Positions 40,668-55,036 are shown, counted from the whole stretch's first letter. The stretch is 63,609 bases of DNA, filler included, from Octopus bimaculoides (GCF_001194135.2; 8 parts of 8 records of this genome joined end to end with filler, not necessarily neighbours in it); one strand, 5' to 3'. Translations and numbers: made by a program. The notes: generated from the letters alone by a model not told the origin.

Positions 40668-42733
40668 GATTTAAGCAGGCTACAACTTCGTTTGCTACTA
40701 TGGAAATAGTCACCAATGTGTCTGTGGCTTTCGATTGGCTAAAATTACCCAGAATTTTCAAACTTTAAAAGCTATTAACTTTTTATTTAAAAATGGAAGA
40801 CAAAAATGAATTTACTTTTCGTTATTAGCATACAAAAGCACGTCAGTGAAATTAATGTGCAAGTGGCTGGGCACTCCATAGACACGTGTACCCTTAATGT
40901 AGTTACCAGGGAGATTCAGCGTGACACAGATTGTGACAAGGCTGGCTTTTTGAAATACAGGTACGACTCGTTTTTGTCAGCTGAGTGGATTGAAACAACA
41001 TGAAATAAAGTGCCTTGCTCATGGACACAACGCTCTGCCAGTTTTCGAAATCACGATCTCATATTCGCGAGCCGAATACCCCAACCGCTAAACCACGTGC
41101 CTTCACAGTAGTATACCAAATTCGAAAACAATTGGAACAAAATTTTATAAAATAGAAAACTGTGACAGCAACAAAAAAGATATCATATAGTTGTTAATGA
41201 TTAATCGGCCTAAGGTAGCAAGCTGGCAGAATCGTTTGCACGCCGAACAAAATGCCTTGCGGCATTTCGTCCATCTATGTGTTCCGAGTTCAAATTCCGC
41301 CGACGTCAACTTTGCCTTTTATCCCTTCGGGGTCGACAAAATAAGGATCAGCTGAGCAGTGGGGTCGATGTAATCAGGTCTTGTACCTAATGTAGAGAGA
41401 GTTATTAATGTTTAGTCAGGGCTTCCGAGATTGGAAGGAGGAAGGGGTTCATTCTCAAACCAGATATCTAGCTCAATCTCTGTGAAAAGGCACCCAAGTT
41501 TCAACCCAGTGATTGTGTTGTAGCTTGGTTATGATAAAGACTTGTAATAGAAACATTATGTATTGCTACTTTAGGCAGCAAGTTGGCAGAAACGTTAGTA
41601 CGCCGGGCAAAATGCTTTAGCGGTATTTCGCTTGTTTTTATGTTCTGAGTTCAAATTCCGCCGAGGTCGACTTTATCTTTCATCCTTTTAAGGTCTAATC
41701 GACTGGCCCCTTCACCCAAAATTTCGGGCCTTGTGCCTAGAGTAGAAAAGATTATTTATTGCTACTTTATGACAAGGCTTCATGCAATACAGGTAGAATC
41801 AATCTTATATGAACATCGTGTTTTACAGATGCCGGAGATCTTCAAAAGATAATTGAAAACTTGGTTGATTTTTCGCATTGCTGCAGTTACGTACAGCTAC
41901 GTTGATTCTTTATACATATCTGGGTTGGGTCTGGAGATGTGAAAACAGCTATTAGGAGGATCGTGCTGGTTTAGTATATGAGACTGCGAAAAATAGCTAT
42001 GAGAGAGAAAATTCACCCGTGTTTAAGGCCTTTGTTGAAGGAAGGTTCTAGAGATTATCTCTTGAACAAAAAGTTCTGATTGACTGAAACAGGGTCTGTA
42101 CGCATGTAAACACGATTTACATGTGATCGAAAATGGAGTTGAAAACAACTGCCGTAGTGTTGAACTGAGAGACAGATTAAGTCTGCTACCCAAGAACTCA
42201 GAGCGTAAAGAGTTGGAACAAATCTCACAAGGCATATATCTCGTCTTGTTCTAATTATTCTGCCAACAAACTGTTTTGGACTATTATTTTATTTTATTAA
42301 CACCGAAAGGATGAGTGTCACGGTCGATTTCGGAACTCGGACAGCAGGAATAAATACCTAAAGGTATTTAATCTTATGTTGTAATGACAGCAAAAAAAAA
42401 TGGAAATATTGGATGACGTGGTTCTTAGTGTGCTGAAGATTAAAATACATTTTCACTCTGGAACGACTTTGATCCTAAGTTAGCACGATCAGAGCTGACC
42501 TGTCTCGAAACAAAAGCATTCTACCTAAATCATTGTATGGCAGTTGTTTTTCCAACTCCCATTTTCCGATCACATGTAAATCGTGAGTTTATCATGCGTG
42601 CCGAGCCTAATTTCAGCTAATAATATTCATGTGAAAAATGCCAGAATGTTCTTTCAACGACGGCCTTATAAGCAGCCATTTTCGGGCATGATAAGCAGGG
42701 GGAATTGAGACCCTGTTTCGTTATGGTTCCTCG

Positions 42734-42737
<4 letters not shown>

Positions 42738-42815
<78 letters not shown>
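42738..42815. repeat. (TC)n microsatellite
   Basis: Direct inspection. Confidence 0.98.
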
Positions 42816-42819
<4 letters not shown>

Positions 42820-43667
42820 CGCGATTTTCCTAATAGCTGTTTTCATTGCTCTATATTACTCGATGGATGAAAAAAATGAATGCAGCCAAGCGTTTTTGCA
42901 GCAATGTGAAAGTTCAACTTAATCATTAATTATATGTGAAGACCTTCAACATCTGTAAAATATGATATCCGCATAAAATTGACGCTGTCTGTATTTTCAT
43001 GAAACGTTGTAAAAAAAATATTGCAATAAATGTTGCATATAAACCAACACCAAGCCTTTGTTTATAACAAACGCTACAATTGTAAAAAATATATACTTGT
43101 AATAATTCTTTTTAGGAACGGTGAATTTCGAAGCAAATAAATTTATTTATCTCTGTGAAAATATATCACTGGTGTTTATTAGGTTGTCAACTCTCCAAAA
43201 AGATACTTTATTTATTTAGAGGTTTTTCTGCTGCTCTTATAGTAGATCATGAAAAGTTATAAGAACATAAAATGACCGTCTGATGGGACACAACATACTA
43301 ACATCAACGGTACAAGAAGCCGGGGACCTTGTTGATATTATCAACCCAAGTTCTTGGTTGATACTGTATTTTACCAACTTCATAGGGATGAAAAGACAAA
43401 GTTGACCACAGTGGGATTTGAGCTCAGAAAATAAAGTTACAAATGAAATACGCAAGGATTTTTTTTTATTTGACTGACGATTCGTCGTAGTAGACATTGA
43501 CTAATGGTTACATGTAACTGAAACAGCTTACTTTTTATAAGCCTGTAAACTCTTGGACCACAACCAAGTACTATCTTCCCATATACACCTGTCAGCTTGC
43601 AAGTTAAATCTGAGTAGTGGACAGACGTACTCTATCGTCAAGTATATTGCTATAAAACATTTTTGGT

Positions 43668-44549
43668 CAGAGTTGCCAATTTAGCGCTTTTTGTGTTAAA
43701 TTTAGTGTCGTTCTACTATTTTCAGCGCGAAAATCCATTGAGTTATGCGCCGCGTAATTTTAGTGCTTTTTCGTTAAAGCGAAATCAGAATTTAATTCAG
43801 AATTTTCTTTTTCTAAATTTAAGCCCCATGCCTCTTCGATTGCACACCTAGTATCTGCTATTCTGGGATACATATTAAGCAGCAGGGTATTCTTGCTATT
43901 TATTATTTATATGGCTATTTCAACATATTTACTTTTTAAATTTTCAATTTCTTATTTTCGGTGTTTAATTGAAAATATATTTAAATACGATGGACTCAAG
44001 TTTCAGACGCGGTTTCATTCTGGGCTGATGTATTATTGTATAGGGATTCGTGTGGATAAACTCCATCTGCAAATTTCATTTTACCGCTTACAAATGCTGA
44101 TGTGCAGAGAGAAAGTATTTGATCATATGAATTTTATCACACCAAAAGATCATAACCATTTAAGCATAGAAACATTAAGTGAAATTTTGAACGTCAAATA
44201 CCGACTTAAACGAAGTGACAAATGTTATGATTATAAACAACCTCGAGAACTATTGTCAAAGAAAATTGGATCCATGGATGCTTATAAATCATGTTGAAAT
44301 TGCAGCTTCTACATCAAAAGAGATTGATCGGGAAATCTTCGAAAATATTATGAAGTAAAAATAAAATTATGTTAATTTCGTTTTAATTTAATTTGAATTG
44401 AAATTTTGAATATAAATCTTTTGATATTTACATCTATTTACATGATTATCTTGCTTAGGCGCTTTTCTTTTTTCTTTGATATTTTCACTTTTATTTAGTC
44501 GTTCAGTTATTGAAACAGTGTTTTTTAAAGGTTAGAATAGGCAACCTTG
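43668..44549 (+). mobile_element. hAT deletion derivative with C-terminal transposase remnant
   Basis: Termini CAGAGTTGCC / GGCAACCTTG; CREKVFDHMNFITPKDHNHLSIETLSEILNVKY resembles the hAT dimerisation domain; TSD only 5/8 matching. Confidence 0.6.
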
Positions 44550-45158
44550 TTATAGATGTTAATGGAGTTAAAATAAGATCATCGTACAAAGTGTAATCAA
44601 ATCGGATTCATTGAATAATAAACACGTTTCGAACGAAACGTTTTCATATATATATAATACATACAAAAATAAGAGGAGTGACCCGCAAAAGTGGACTCCT
44701 ATATGCTAGAAATAAATGCCGAATCATCTAACCACGGAAAAAATATATGTTCTCAGTAAAACTTTAGCGACACAACAGACTGTAAAAGGGCAAGACAAAT
44801 GAAAAAATACTAAATAAAAAAAAACGATTAACCTACGTACACCATGGTTTCACCTGTTAAAATTTACATAAGTAAATATCTGCAGGATCGTCAGCGTAGT
44901 CTGTCGATTTGAAATATAATTTCCAGAACTAGACACAATACGTCCACCCAAAAGGGAGCACGTGTAGAGTTCTACAAATTACATTCAGTGTATCCTTTCA
45001 AATGTCTTCAATCTGGCGCGCTAAGTCCGGAAATAATTCTGCAGTTAATAAACTTTTGCTGCTGATTTACCGGTTTGAGAAAATTAGTTACGAATGCGAA
45101 CGAAGCGGCTAACATCTAGCCTTCGGTCCGTTTGGACTCTGCTGTGTCCATCACCCTG

Positions 45159-45295
45159 ATTGGCTCTTATTTGCGCGGCATTTGTCTCAGTTCTGTTTCG
45201 CGCCAGGGTGAACATCAACCAATCGTGGCCTTCTGATAAGGTCACGTGAGAGAGTGTTTTTCTGCTGTTTCTCGAGCCCCTTTTTACCTATAAAT
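45159..45295 (+). promoter_or_regulatory. Pol II promoter-like motif cluster
   Basis: ATTGG 45159-63, CCAAT 45219-23, GATAAG 45235-40, CACGTG 45243-48, TATAAAT 45289-95. Confidence 0.5.
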
Positions 45296-45754
45296 AGCCC
45301 TGTTTTATCCACGCCAGTTTGTCGCGACCTCAGACCTTTTCAGGTCTGGTCGTAGACTACACAGAACACAACTCCAGCCAGTTTCCAGCGACAACGTCAA
45401 CACCACCGTTCTACTGTCTTCTACAGTCCCATCGCCAGCGCCAACACGACGCCACCAGAGTACACCAACAACCGCGGTTTCTTCTCAACACTATTTGTGG
45501 GGATTGTTTCCACCACGAAAAGAACAGCCAGAACAACCTGCGAGAATATTCTGTATTCAAATAACCGGTTGTAGCATCGAAGCTCAACCTCACTCACGAC
45601 ATGTGACACTTCAGCTCTGCTATTCGGCCACAACCTCTTATGTACAGACATTCTATTTACTGTGGTACGGACTATGAACTGGTATTTCACTATCACTGTA
45701 TTCAGGACGCTCATCGTCTATGTTACAGACTCTTATTCCATGCTCTGTATTTCT

Positions 45755-45871
<117 letters not shown>

Positions 45872-46477
45872 TATTGTATACACACTCTTGTACACGACAG
45901 CCAGTCTTATATATTGTGCTGTTTATATTGCCGCATGCACGCACACACAGGCACACAGTTGACTACCCTAATAAAGCTTACTCTTACACGGTTGTGTCTC
46001 TCTCTTTCCTTTGCTGGCATTTCCTCGCATCTCACATACGAGGACTTTTATGTTATATAACATGTTTTGTGTCGACCGTGCGACGCGTTAAAAGGAGCAC
46101 GGTCGTTCTCTACGCATCTTTTAGCGATTACTTGTTTGAGTCATTAGACTGCGGCCATGATGGGGCACTGCTATGAACATTTTTATTTTCTAGTTGAATG
46201 ATTCGACCCCAGTACATAGTTTTTGTTAAGCGAGGTACTTATTTTATCGGATGCTTTTTTCCAAACCACTAAGTTACGGGAATGTTAACACACTAACACT
46301 AGCTGTCGAGCGGTGTGGGACGGAGATAAACACAGACACAAACACACACACGGCATTTCGTCCGTCATTATGTTCTGATTTCACATACCGTCGAGGTCGA
46401 TTTTGCCTTTCATCCTTTCGGGGTCGATAAATTAAGTACCAGTTTTGTACTGGAGTCGATCTAATCGACTGCCCCCA

Positions 46478-46511
<34 letters not shown>

Positions 46512-48771
46512 AAGCCTTGTGCCTATAGTAGAAAAGATTACGTTCTGAATTCAAGTTCCATCAAGATCAACTTTGCCTCTCATCCTTTCCAGGATTTCCT
46601 TGATTAAATAAGTGCCAGTCGAGTACTTGGGTCGATGTAATCAACTATTAACCTCACACCAAATTCCCAAATTTTAGGCCTTGTGCCTATTGTAGAAAGG
46701 ATTATTTTACCTTGTACAAAAAAGAAGAAAATTGAATAGGAGTGGCTGTGTGGTAAGAAGCTTGCTTTCCAACAACCTGGTTCCAGGTTCAGTCCCGCTG
46801 CATGGCATCGTAGGGAAGTGTCTTCTACTATAGCCTTGGGCTGACCAAGACTTTGTGAGTGGATTTGGTAGACGGAAACTGGAAGAAGCCCATTGTATAT
46901 ANNNNNNNNNNACTAGCAGCTAAGCCCAGTGTCACCTGGTCTGTTTGGATGATGTGGCTGTGATCGTTTTCGGTTAGGCATAATCTATAACAGCGTTTCT
47001 CAACCTTATCATTTCAGGTCCCTTGTTTCAATTGGAGCCGCCAACTGTATGAAAATTTCCTGATCACCCCCACCCCCCGCCGTCAGAAAACAGCTTCAGG
47101 AGTTGTGAAGAACGAGTTTGTACGTAGTCTGTTTCTGAGAGCTATTCTATTGGACCTCTGTCTAATCATTAAAACATTGATTTAATTATGAACATAGAAA
47201 GAAATTATACATCCACCCAGCCATTTGGCTGTGAACCTCAAGACAAGAAAGAATATCGACCATGTCCAATTTATATTATAGATATATATGTGTGTGTGTG
47301 CGTGTGCTTGTGTGTGTCTGTGTTTGTCCCTCCACCATCACTTGGCAATCGATGTTGGTGTGTTTATGTATCCGTAACTTAGCAGCTCAGCTAAAGAGAC
47401 CAATAAAATAAGTGCTAGAATAAGTCCTGAGGTTGATTTCTGTTACTAAAGGTGGTGCTCCAGCATGGCTGCAGTCAAATGACTGAAACAAGTAAAAGAG
47501 TAAGAGAGAGAGTTGCTTTCCAACTACATGGTTTTGGATTCAGTCCCACTGTGTGGCACCTTGAGTAAGTATCTTCTACTATAACTCCAACCAAATCCAT
47601 GAGAGACAGAAACTGCAAGAAGCATGTCTTGAATGTGTGTGTGTGTGCGTGCTCCACCACTGCTTGACAACTGGTACTGGTTTGTTTACATCCTTGTAAT
47701 GTAGTGGTTCGATAAAAGACTTCTGATAGAATATGTACTAGGCATATTGAACAGGAGACATTCAGAGGATCAACATCATATTTTAGTTGAACCGTCTTTA
47801 AAATCTGATTATGTTACAAATTAATTACAACACATAGGCAGTTCATTCAATGGAAACATAATCCCAAAATGGTTAATGAACAACTATTTATTTGACAGAA
47901 TGTATTTATAATCAGAGAACAGATGTCAATTGTGTGATAAATGCATAAGACCCAAATCATAAATTCATCAAATTTCAGTCTAATGTCTATAGATAAACGA
48001 AATTAAAAGTATGAAAATGACTTAAGACTTGCCTTCACCTTTCAAATATGATGGCACATTATTCAGATATACTGACACTTAAAAATATTAACATTCACAC
48101 CTCTATATTTTATTGCTACTTTCAGTCAAATTTTGAAAACTATTTTAGCTCTTTAAACTGCCAGACAAATTTTTCAAATAAAACGATAGTTTTCCTAATA
48201 GCCAATGAGATCTCTTAAACAAGATTATGATTTTTTTTTTTTAAATCAAACAGGTTATTTTAAAAAATCATCTTAACTAGTCAACAAAATTGATGAAGCA
48301 GCCAGCACCATAACAGTTTTCTAAAAACCTAGTCAAATTCTTCAAAGATACATTTCTTTTATTAGCCACACAGGGCTCAACGAAGATGGGACAAATACAA
48401 TGTAGAGCTTTTCTTTTTGGGAGGGGAAAAAAAGGTGGGGAACTACACATTGAATAATGTATTCCTAGATAGATATTTCATGCTTCAGAAGAGTTGGGAT
48501 GCTCACGACTAGAATGCTTTTGATCACAGGTTAGTGGATCAAGGATGGCCTGAGGCTAAGTAATAATGATAATCCTTTCTACTCAAGGCACAAAGCCTGA
48601 CATTTGTGGGGAGGGATTAAGCTGATTACATCGACTCCAGTGCTCCACTGGTACTTAATTTATCAACCCTGNNNNNNNNNNNNNNNNNNNNNNNNNNNNN
48701 NNNNNNNNNNNNNNNTTAATTAATTAANNNNNNNNNNNNNNNNNNNNNNNNNNNNNNNNNNNNNNNNNNNN

Positions 48772-48880
48772 CAATACATACAGAAGGGAGGAGAGAGGAC
48801 ACCCTTGGCGAACCGAACGCGAGATGTTGAACGGTTCCGATAGATGGCCGTTCACCCGTATGACCGAGCAGATGCCGCGG
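48772..48880 (-). mobile_element. Tx1-clade LINE RT fragment
   Basis: GICSVIRVNGHLSEPFNISRSVRQGCPLSSLLYVL, homologous to the RT at about 50100-50220. Confidence 0.9.
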
Positions 48881-48904
48881 TGGTGGTGGTGGTGGTGGTG
48901 ATGT

Positions 48905-48942
<38 letters not shown>

Positions 48943-48944
<2 letters not shown>

Positions 48945-49157
48945 ATAAGAGAACTAGACCAAACTCAGACATACAAATACTTAGGAATCAATGAACTAGA
49001 TATGCTAAAACACACAAATGAAAGAGAAGCTAAGGAAGGAATATTAGATTAGTACTTAAAATAGAGCTGAATGCAAAAAAAAAAATGTCATAATAGGTAT
49101 CACTTCTCTAGCTATTCCAGTTACAAGTTACAGTTACAATATTCTTAATTGATAGCA
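48943..49157 (+). mobile_element. R4/Dong LINE fragment
   Basis: IRELDQTQTYKYLGINE...KEKLRKEY...KIELN...SLAIPV...SYNILN (late RT/thumb region, frameshifted). Confidence 0.75.
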
Positions 49158-49159
49158 CT

Positions 49160-52055
49160 GCCAGGCAAGGGATTTCTGGAAGTTATCCATAGGCCCAGGC
49201 CTGAAAGTTCTCTGAAGCAGACCGGTTAGTTGATCTTCATCGGCACCTACAGTTTCTCTCCATTAGCCCTCTATAGAATGCTAGAGTGGATTTACCACCA
49301 ACCACATTGCCCGCCTGGCGGAGACGTGTGAGCACTTGACGGCACTCAAGGTGCCAAGCGCTCCTCCTTGGTCTACGCCTAATTCAGGATTGCAGCTCAG
49401 TCAAAGAGACGAGCTGTGGAAAAGTGTCTCTTACAAACGGTGACCATACCTACTCACCATCAAAGAAACGCTGGAGATGCTGCAATCTCAGCGCATGTCT
49501 GCGCATCAGTAACCACGGCATGCCCAGCCCTCCATTCATCGTCTGTTAACAGCAGATGGAGCGCCTGACTGGTGGAACGCGCCCCTTCCACAGAAAGTGG
49601 AAGAGTAGGCACCCCAGCTTGGTCAACCAGCAAACAGGACAAGGGACGACAGTCAAACGGTAATAGATGATGGATGCGATGTACATATTCGCCACCTCGT
49701 CTCGACCTTTCAGGGATAGCTTCCTCTTGGCCTATTTCTGGGTGGGATTTGCCACCCTGCTCGTCAGCTCTTCCCAATTTTTCTCCACCTGGAAGTTCGG
49801 ACCAAACCAGACTCCAAGCAGCTTAACGAGACTGTCTGTTCAGCACCCAACAACGCTGTTGGATGGCATGGACATGCCTCTCCAGGTGCCGAGTTGCAAG
49901 CTCATTGACTTTTCCGTGTTAATATTTGCTCCTGTCACCGCTTCATATACTTGTAGTGTTTCGCCAATCAGGTCTATATGCCTGTGGATCGACACTATGA
50001 CGGTGACACCATCAGCGTAAGCAGACACACATCTCCCACATCCTAGATCACGCGAGACACCCCTCAAAGCCTCCAACTTCCGCAGTAATGGCTCAAGATT
50101 CAGTACATACAGAAAGGAGGAGAGTGGGCACCCTTGACTGACCAAACGCAAGATGCTGAATAACTCCGACAGGTGACCATTCAACTGAACAACCGAGCAG
50201 ATGCCGCTGTACAAAGCAGCGATCCAACCGCGGAAAACTGGACCGAAACTGGCTGCCTTGAGGACAGCTGCCAAGTATTGATGGTCGACCCTATCAAAGG
50301 CTTTAGATTGATCTAAATTGATCAGAGCCCCACCCATGCCAGCTTCGTTACCCACCCTCTCTATGATGTAGCGCACAAGATGGAGGTTATCCTGAATAGT
50401 CCTGGTTGGGATGGCGCATGTTTGCACCTCGCCAACTAGCTTGTCACGATAAGCACCAATCTCTTTGCTAATACCTTGGCCAAAATCTTCAACACTGCAT
50501 TGAGCAGAGTAATGGGCCTGAAATTTTTTGTCACGTCCTCCTTGTTTGGGTTCTTTCTCAGCAGCGCCACCGCCCTTCGACAAACAAAAGTGGGGATTCT
50601 CCCATTCTGCTGCTAGTTGCAGTAAACGTTTGCCAAGAGGCCCGCAAACAAGTCTTGGCATCGAAGTATAAAGCTCGTAGAGCAGACCATCGAAACCTGG
50701 CAATCTACCTCTCGTGCAACTCTTTATCGCTTCCTGTATCTCCGCAGCTGTTATCGGCCTTTCGCAGCTCTCCGCCTCGCTCGCCGAGAGTCGTGGCAGT
50801 CCGACCAGGTACACACCGAAGTCTGCCCTGTTGTTCGTCCTACCATTCATCCCGAACAGACGAGCAAAGTGCCGCTGAAAAGCCGCAAACTTCTGTTTCG
50901 GTTCGAACACCACACATCTGCTCTTGTTGCTTCCGTCGCATCTCTTTGTATTTGGGGCAGTCGACCATGAGGTGCTGAACGCTTTCACAAAAGTAGCACC
51001 TCGGCCTCCTGCCCTCCACGGCTACGTGTAGTCTCGCACCGTCCGGTAAGTTTATAAAGTTAAGGATAAAATTTAGGGCTTCTTGGTCAATTTGAACGAG
51101 GAGCTCCAATCCCTGACCCGTCCAATTTTGTTGGTGCAATTTATGCACCTCCAGTATTGTGGCGGTATCCTCTATATCAAAGAGGACAGCCGCTACCAGC
51201 CAGCATATATTTATTTCGTGGGACACCTCCCCAATTTTTATTTTTGTAACGCGCCGACTCAGGTATATTGGCACGAGCAGGAATTCTTCAGTTTTTAGTG
51301 GCATTGTGGAATGCTATTTTGCTTCTTCCTCTGTTGCAAAACGCACATCTACAGTGCCGAAGCGTCTCCCACGCGTCACATATGTTTTCCTGTTTATATT
51401 GGCTTTAATGCTATTTCCAATTGCTGTTGAGTCGCTCGTTCTACTCTTTTTTTTAAATATTTAATGTTCTGTAGATCAACGTTTTTGTTTGTTTTTTTCT
51501 GCGTTTCCTCTACCAGTTCTTGTGGGGTGTTAAGGAAGATATTATTCTCTTACTTCCTTAACAACCCATTTACATTTTTTAAGTCATCGATAGTTAACTG
51601 AATTAATTGCCTGGTTTGTTTCGCCGCTGAGGTGAAACCGTTACCGCTTGGTTTGTCGTTGTTGTTCCTGTTTGACTTTTCTTTTTTTGTCTGTGTTCAT
51701 GTTGGTGTTAGCGGTGTTTACCTGACTTTTTTCTTATTTTCCATGTTAATGGTGGTGCTGGTGCTGTTAGTGGTGTTGGTACTTGTGCTGTTCAGAGGGG
51801 GGAAACCTTCGCAGTACTGGTCGTCAGAACAGCCATTGCCACTCCCCTCGACAGAGGGAGCCATCTTGTTCTTCATTTGACGAAAAGCAAAAAATATTTT
51901 AATGGACAAAAAGTCCAAAATTCGCCCCTAAAAGGGAGAACTTTCAACAAAAGAACCCCTTCTGCACACCAAAAGAGGTTCAGGAAACAAAAACAAACAA
52001 AACAGTCAAGAACCTTCAAAAAGCCACAACAAAATCCTAACTTACGTAGCGCCGA
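49160..52055 (-). mobile_element. Tx1-clade LINE with 5-prime UTR, ORF1 (CCHC) and RT; internally and 3-prime deleted
   Basis: T-rich 5-prime UTR; ORF1 from about 51864 with CYFCESVQHLMVDC knuckle; RT motifs LDQSKAFDRVDH, QGCPLS, AYADG; ends at LFRKTFRPGPMDNFQKSLAWQCY. Confidence 0.9.
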
Positions 52056-52109
52056 CAACAACAACAACAACAACAACAACAGCAATGATAATAACAATAA
52101 TAATAATAA

Positions 52110-53662
52110 TAATAATAAACTCATACTAAAACTGAACACATCTCTAAAAGTTACATCGATACCATTAACACCCTGGCACTTCTAGTAGTCCAATGTAGTT
52201 TTAACATCATTAACTGGAATCTTACAGAACTCCAACGCCTGAACAGGAAGACAAGAAAAATACTAACTTCTAAGAACATGCACCACCCAAAAGCAGACGT
52301 TGACCGTCTGTACCTTCCTAGAAGTAATAGGGGAAGAGGAATGATACAGGCAGAACTGTACTATAAGACCTCCACAATAGTACGCCGGGCGAAATGCTTA
52401 GCGGTATTTCGTCCGTCTTCACGTACTGAGTTCAAATTCCGCCGAGGTCGACTTTGCCTTTCATCCTTTCAGGGTCGATAAATTAAGTACCAGTTGCCTA
52501 CTGGGGTCGATCTAATTGACTGGCCCCCTCCCTCAAAACTTCGGGCCTTGTGCCTGACTAGAAAAGACTTATCCTGTACAGTGGACTGGACGCAATGACT
52601 TGTCTGCAAACACCAAAGCAGCAAAAAAGTCACATTCGATTGTCAAAGGAAGCTTGTAAATTCGCAAGGGAACTTGGCATTGACCCTAAAATAGTTGAAG
52701 AACCTGAAACCAAAGCATAATGGATCAAGCAGACTGCAAAAAGTATGGGCAGAAACAAATTGAGGGGCGATGGAGCCAGAAGCCTCTACAAGGACGGTAT
52801 ATACTTCGAAGTCGAAATGCTGATGTAGATCAAGCAGCGACCCATCAGTGGCTGAGAAGTTCAGAACTGAAAGCAGAGGCTGAAGGTTTCATATTGGTCA
52901 CACAGGGCCAAAGCTTGCTCACAAAAAACTATCAAGCTAACCTTCTTCAAAATGGTTCTAGCCCTAAATGCAGATTCTGTGATACATCTGACGAAACAAT
53001 AGACCATCTCGACTCGGGATGTCCTGTGTTGACACCAAACGAATATAAAACCGCCACGATAGGGTAAGACAGTATTTACATTGGAAAATATGTAAACGCT
53101 ACAAAATCAGCACTCTTGCTTGCTGGTATGAACATCATCCTGAGCCAGTCGTTGATGATAAAAATGTCACTATCCTCTGGGATTTTCCAGTCAACACTAA
53201 TCGACCAGACATAATTATTAAAGACAGGGAAGAAAACACTTGTGGACTAATAGATGTAAGTGTTCCCACTGATAAAAATATATTTGTCAAGGAATTTGAC
53301 AAACTAAGTAAATATAAGGGCCTGGAAATTGAAATACAAAAAATGTGACATCTAAACACGAGAACTATTCCTGTTATTGTAGGTATTCTAGGTATGATAA
53401 AAAAGGGATGTCAGAAACATCTAGATAAGATCCCAGGAGAACCACGTCTCAAAGAAATTCAAAAGATTGTGCTGACAAGTACTGCCCACATCCTTAGAAA
53501 ACCCTATCCATTTAAATGTCTGTGTTGTATTACATGAAGATATTTCGCTACCTCCCCTTCCCAAGCTTTCAGCCATATTGTAACATCTCTTATCCTTCAC
53601 TCGCCCCAGGATGCTGGGTGTGTCTCGGCAAGTGACTGTTACAAAGATGTAGATTAAAAGTA
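52110..53662 (+). mobile_element. R4/Dong LINE, 5-prime truncated, with restriction-like endonuclease
   Basis: HHPKADVDRLYLPRSNRGRG; CRFC...ETIDHLDSGC; RPDIII...LIDVSVP...KLSKY; stop at 53513-15; flanked by (AAT)/(AAC) repeats; SINE inserted at 52381-52568. Confidence 0.92.
52381..52568 (+). mobile_element. family B SINE inserted into the Dong LINE
   Basis: Close match to other family B copies; interrupts the Dong reading frame after YYKTSTI. Confidence 0.9.
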
Positions 53663-53705
53663 ATAAGAACAACAACAATAGCAACAACAACAACAAAAAC
53701 AACAA

Positions 53706-54019
<314 letters not shown>

Positions 54020-54176
54020 NNNNNNNNNNNNNNNNNNNNNNNNNNNNNNNNNNNNNNNNNNNNTTAATTAATTAANNNNNNNNNNNNNNNNNNNNNNNNN
54101 NNNNNNNNNNNNNNNNNNNACATACATACATATGTAGGATACTTTGAAACAGTATGATATACGTACATAAATACAC

Positions 54177-54209
<33 letters not shown>

Positions 54210-55036
54210 CACACACACACACATACAAGCACTTGAGAAATTAGGTTTCTCAAAATCAGAAAAGAGAAAGCTAATTTGAAGACTACAGATCCAATCCATT
54301 ACTGGAACTGTAAAAATCTGTAAAACTTTCCAGAAGTTTATCATTTAAATATATATGAGCATGTCTAGATATGTAACTATATGCATGAGAATACATACAT
54401 AAAACATACAAATCTGCACATACATGCATACATACATACATACATACATACAAAATACCCTGTTGTTGATGTAGAAATTCCAATGGAGGAGAGTTGGATC
54501 TAGGTTAGAAATCGGTTCTTTCTCTATTTGCAAGCAATCTTGAAATAAAACTGAACAATGAGATATATACATACATACATACATACATACATACATACAT
54601 ACATACGGATATCCACCACCACAACTCGAGTTACGTTGCATTCAAATAATTAATCAACATATTTTCTGTAATGGCCAAACGTTTTGCGTTGTTCATTATA
54701 AACCGTTTTGCGTTGTTCGTTATAAATTCCATATTTTATGAGCTGATGTAATTGTATATCAGATTCTCTTAAATAAAAATATTTTCATTTGGTTTTCAAC
54801 GCTTTTTTCTTTTGTAACTGCTGAAATAAAACTAAACTTCAATATTTTTTAATATTTAAATGTCTTACTTTTTAATTTCAAAAGAATTTTAGAAAGCAAA
54901 CCAATACATACGGCAATAATTCCAACAGCTGGTCCTAAAAACAGCCATATGTGTCCCCAGGCAATCCAGCACCTTTTGTTAGAAAAAATATTAAAAAATG
55001 TTATTATATAAGAATATAAAGGAATATACGTGTGCG

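Noticed and set aside
44670-44705. GGAGT...ACTCC stem resembling hammerhead stem II
   Set aside because: Neither CUGANGA nor GAAA is present
46073-46105. 9-bp GC-rich hairpin as a Helitron 3-prime end
   Set aside because: Followed by CTAC rather than CTRR; no other Helitron evidence
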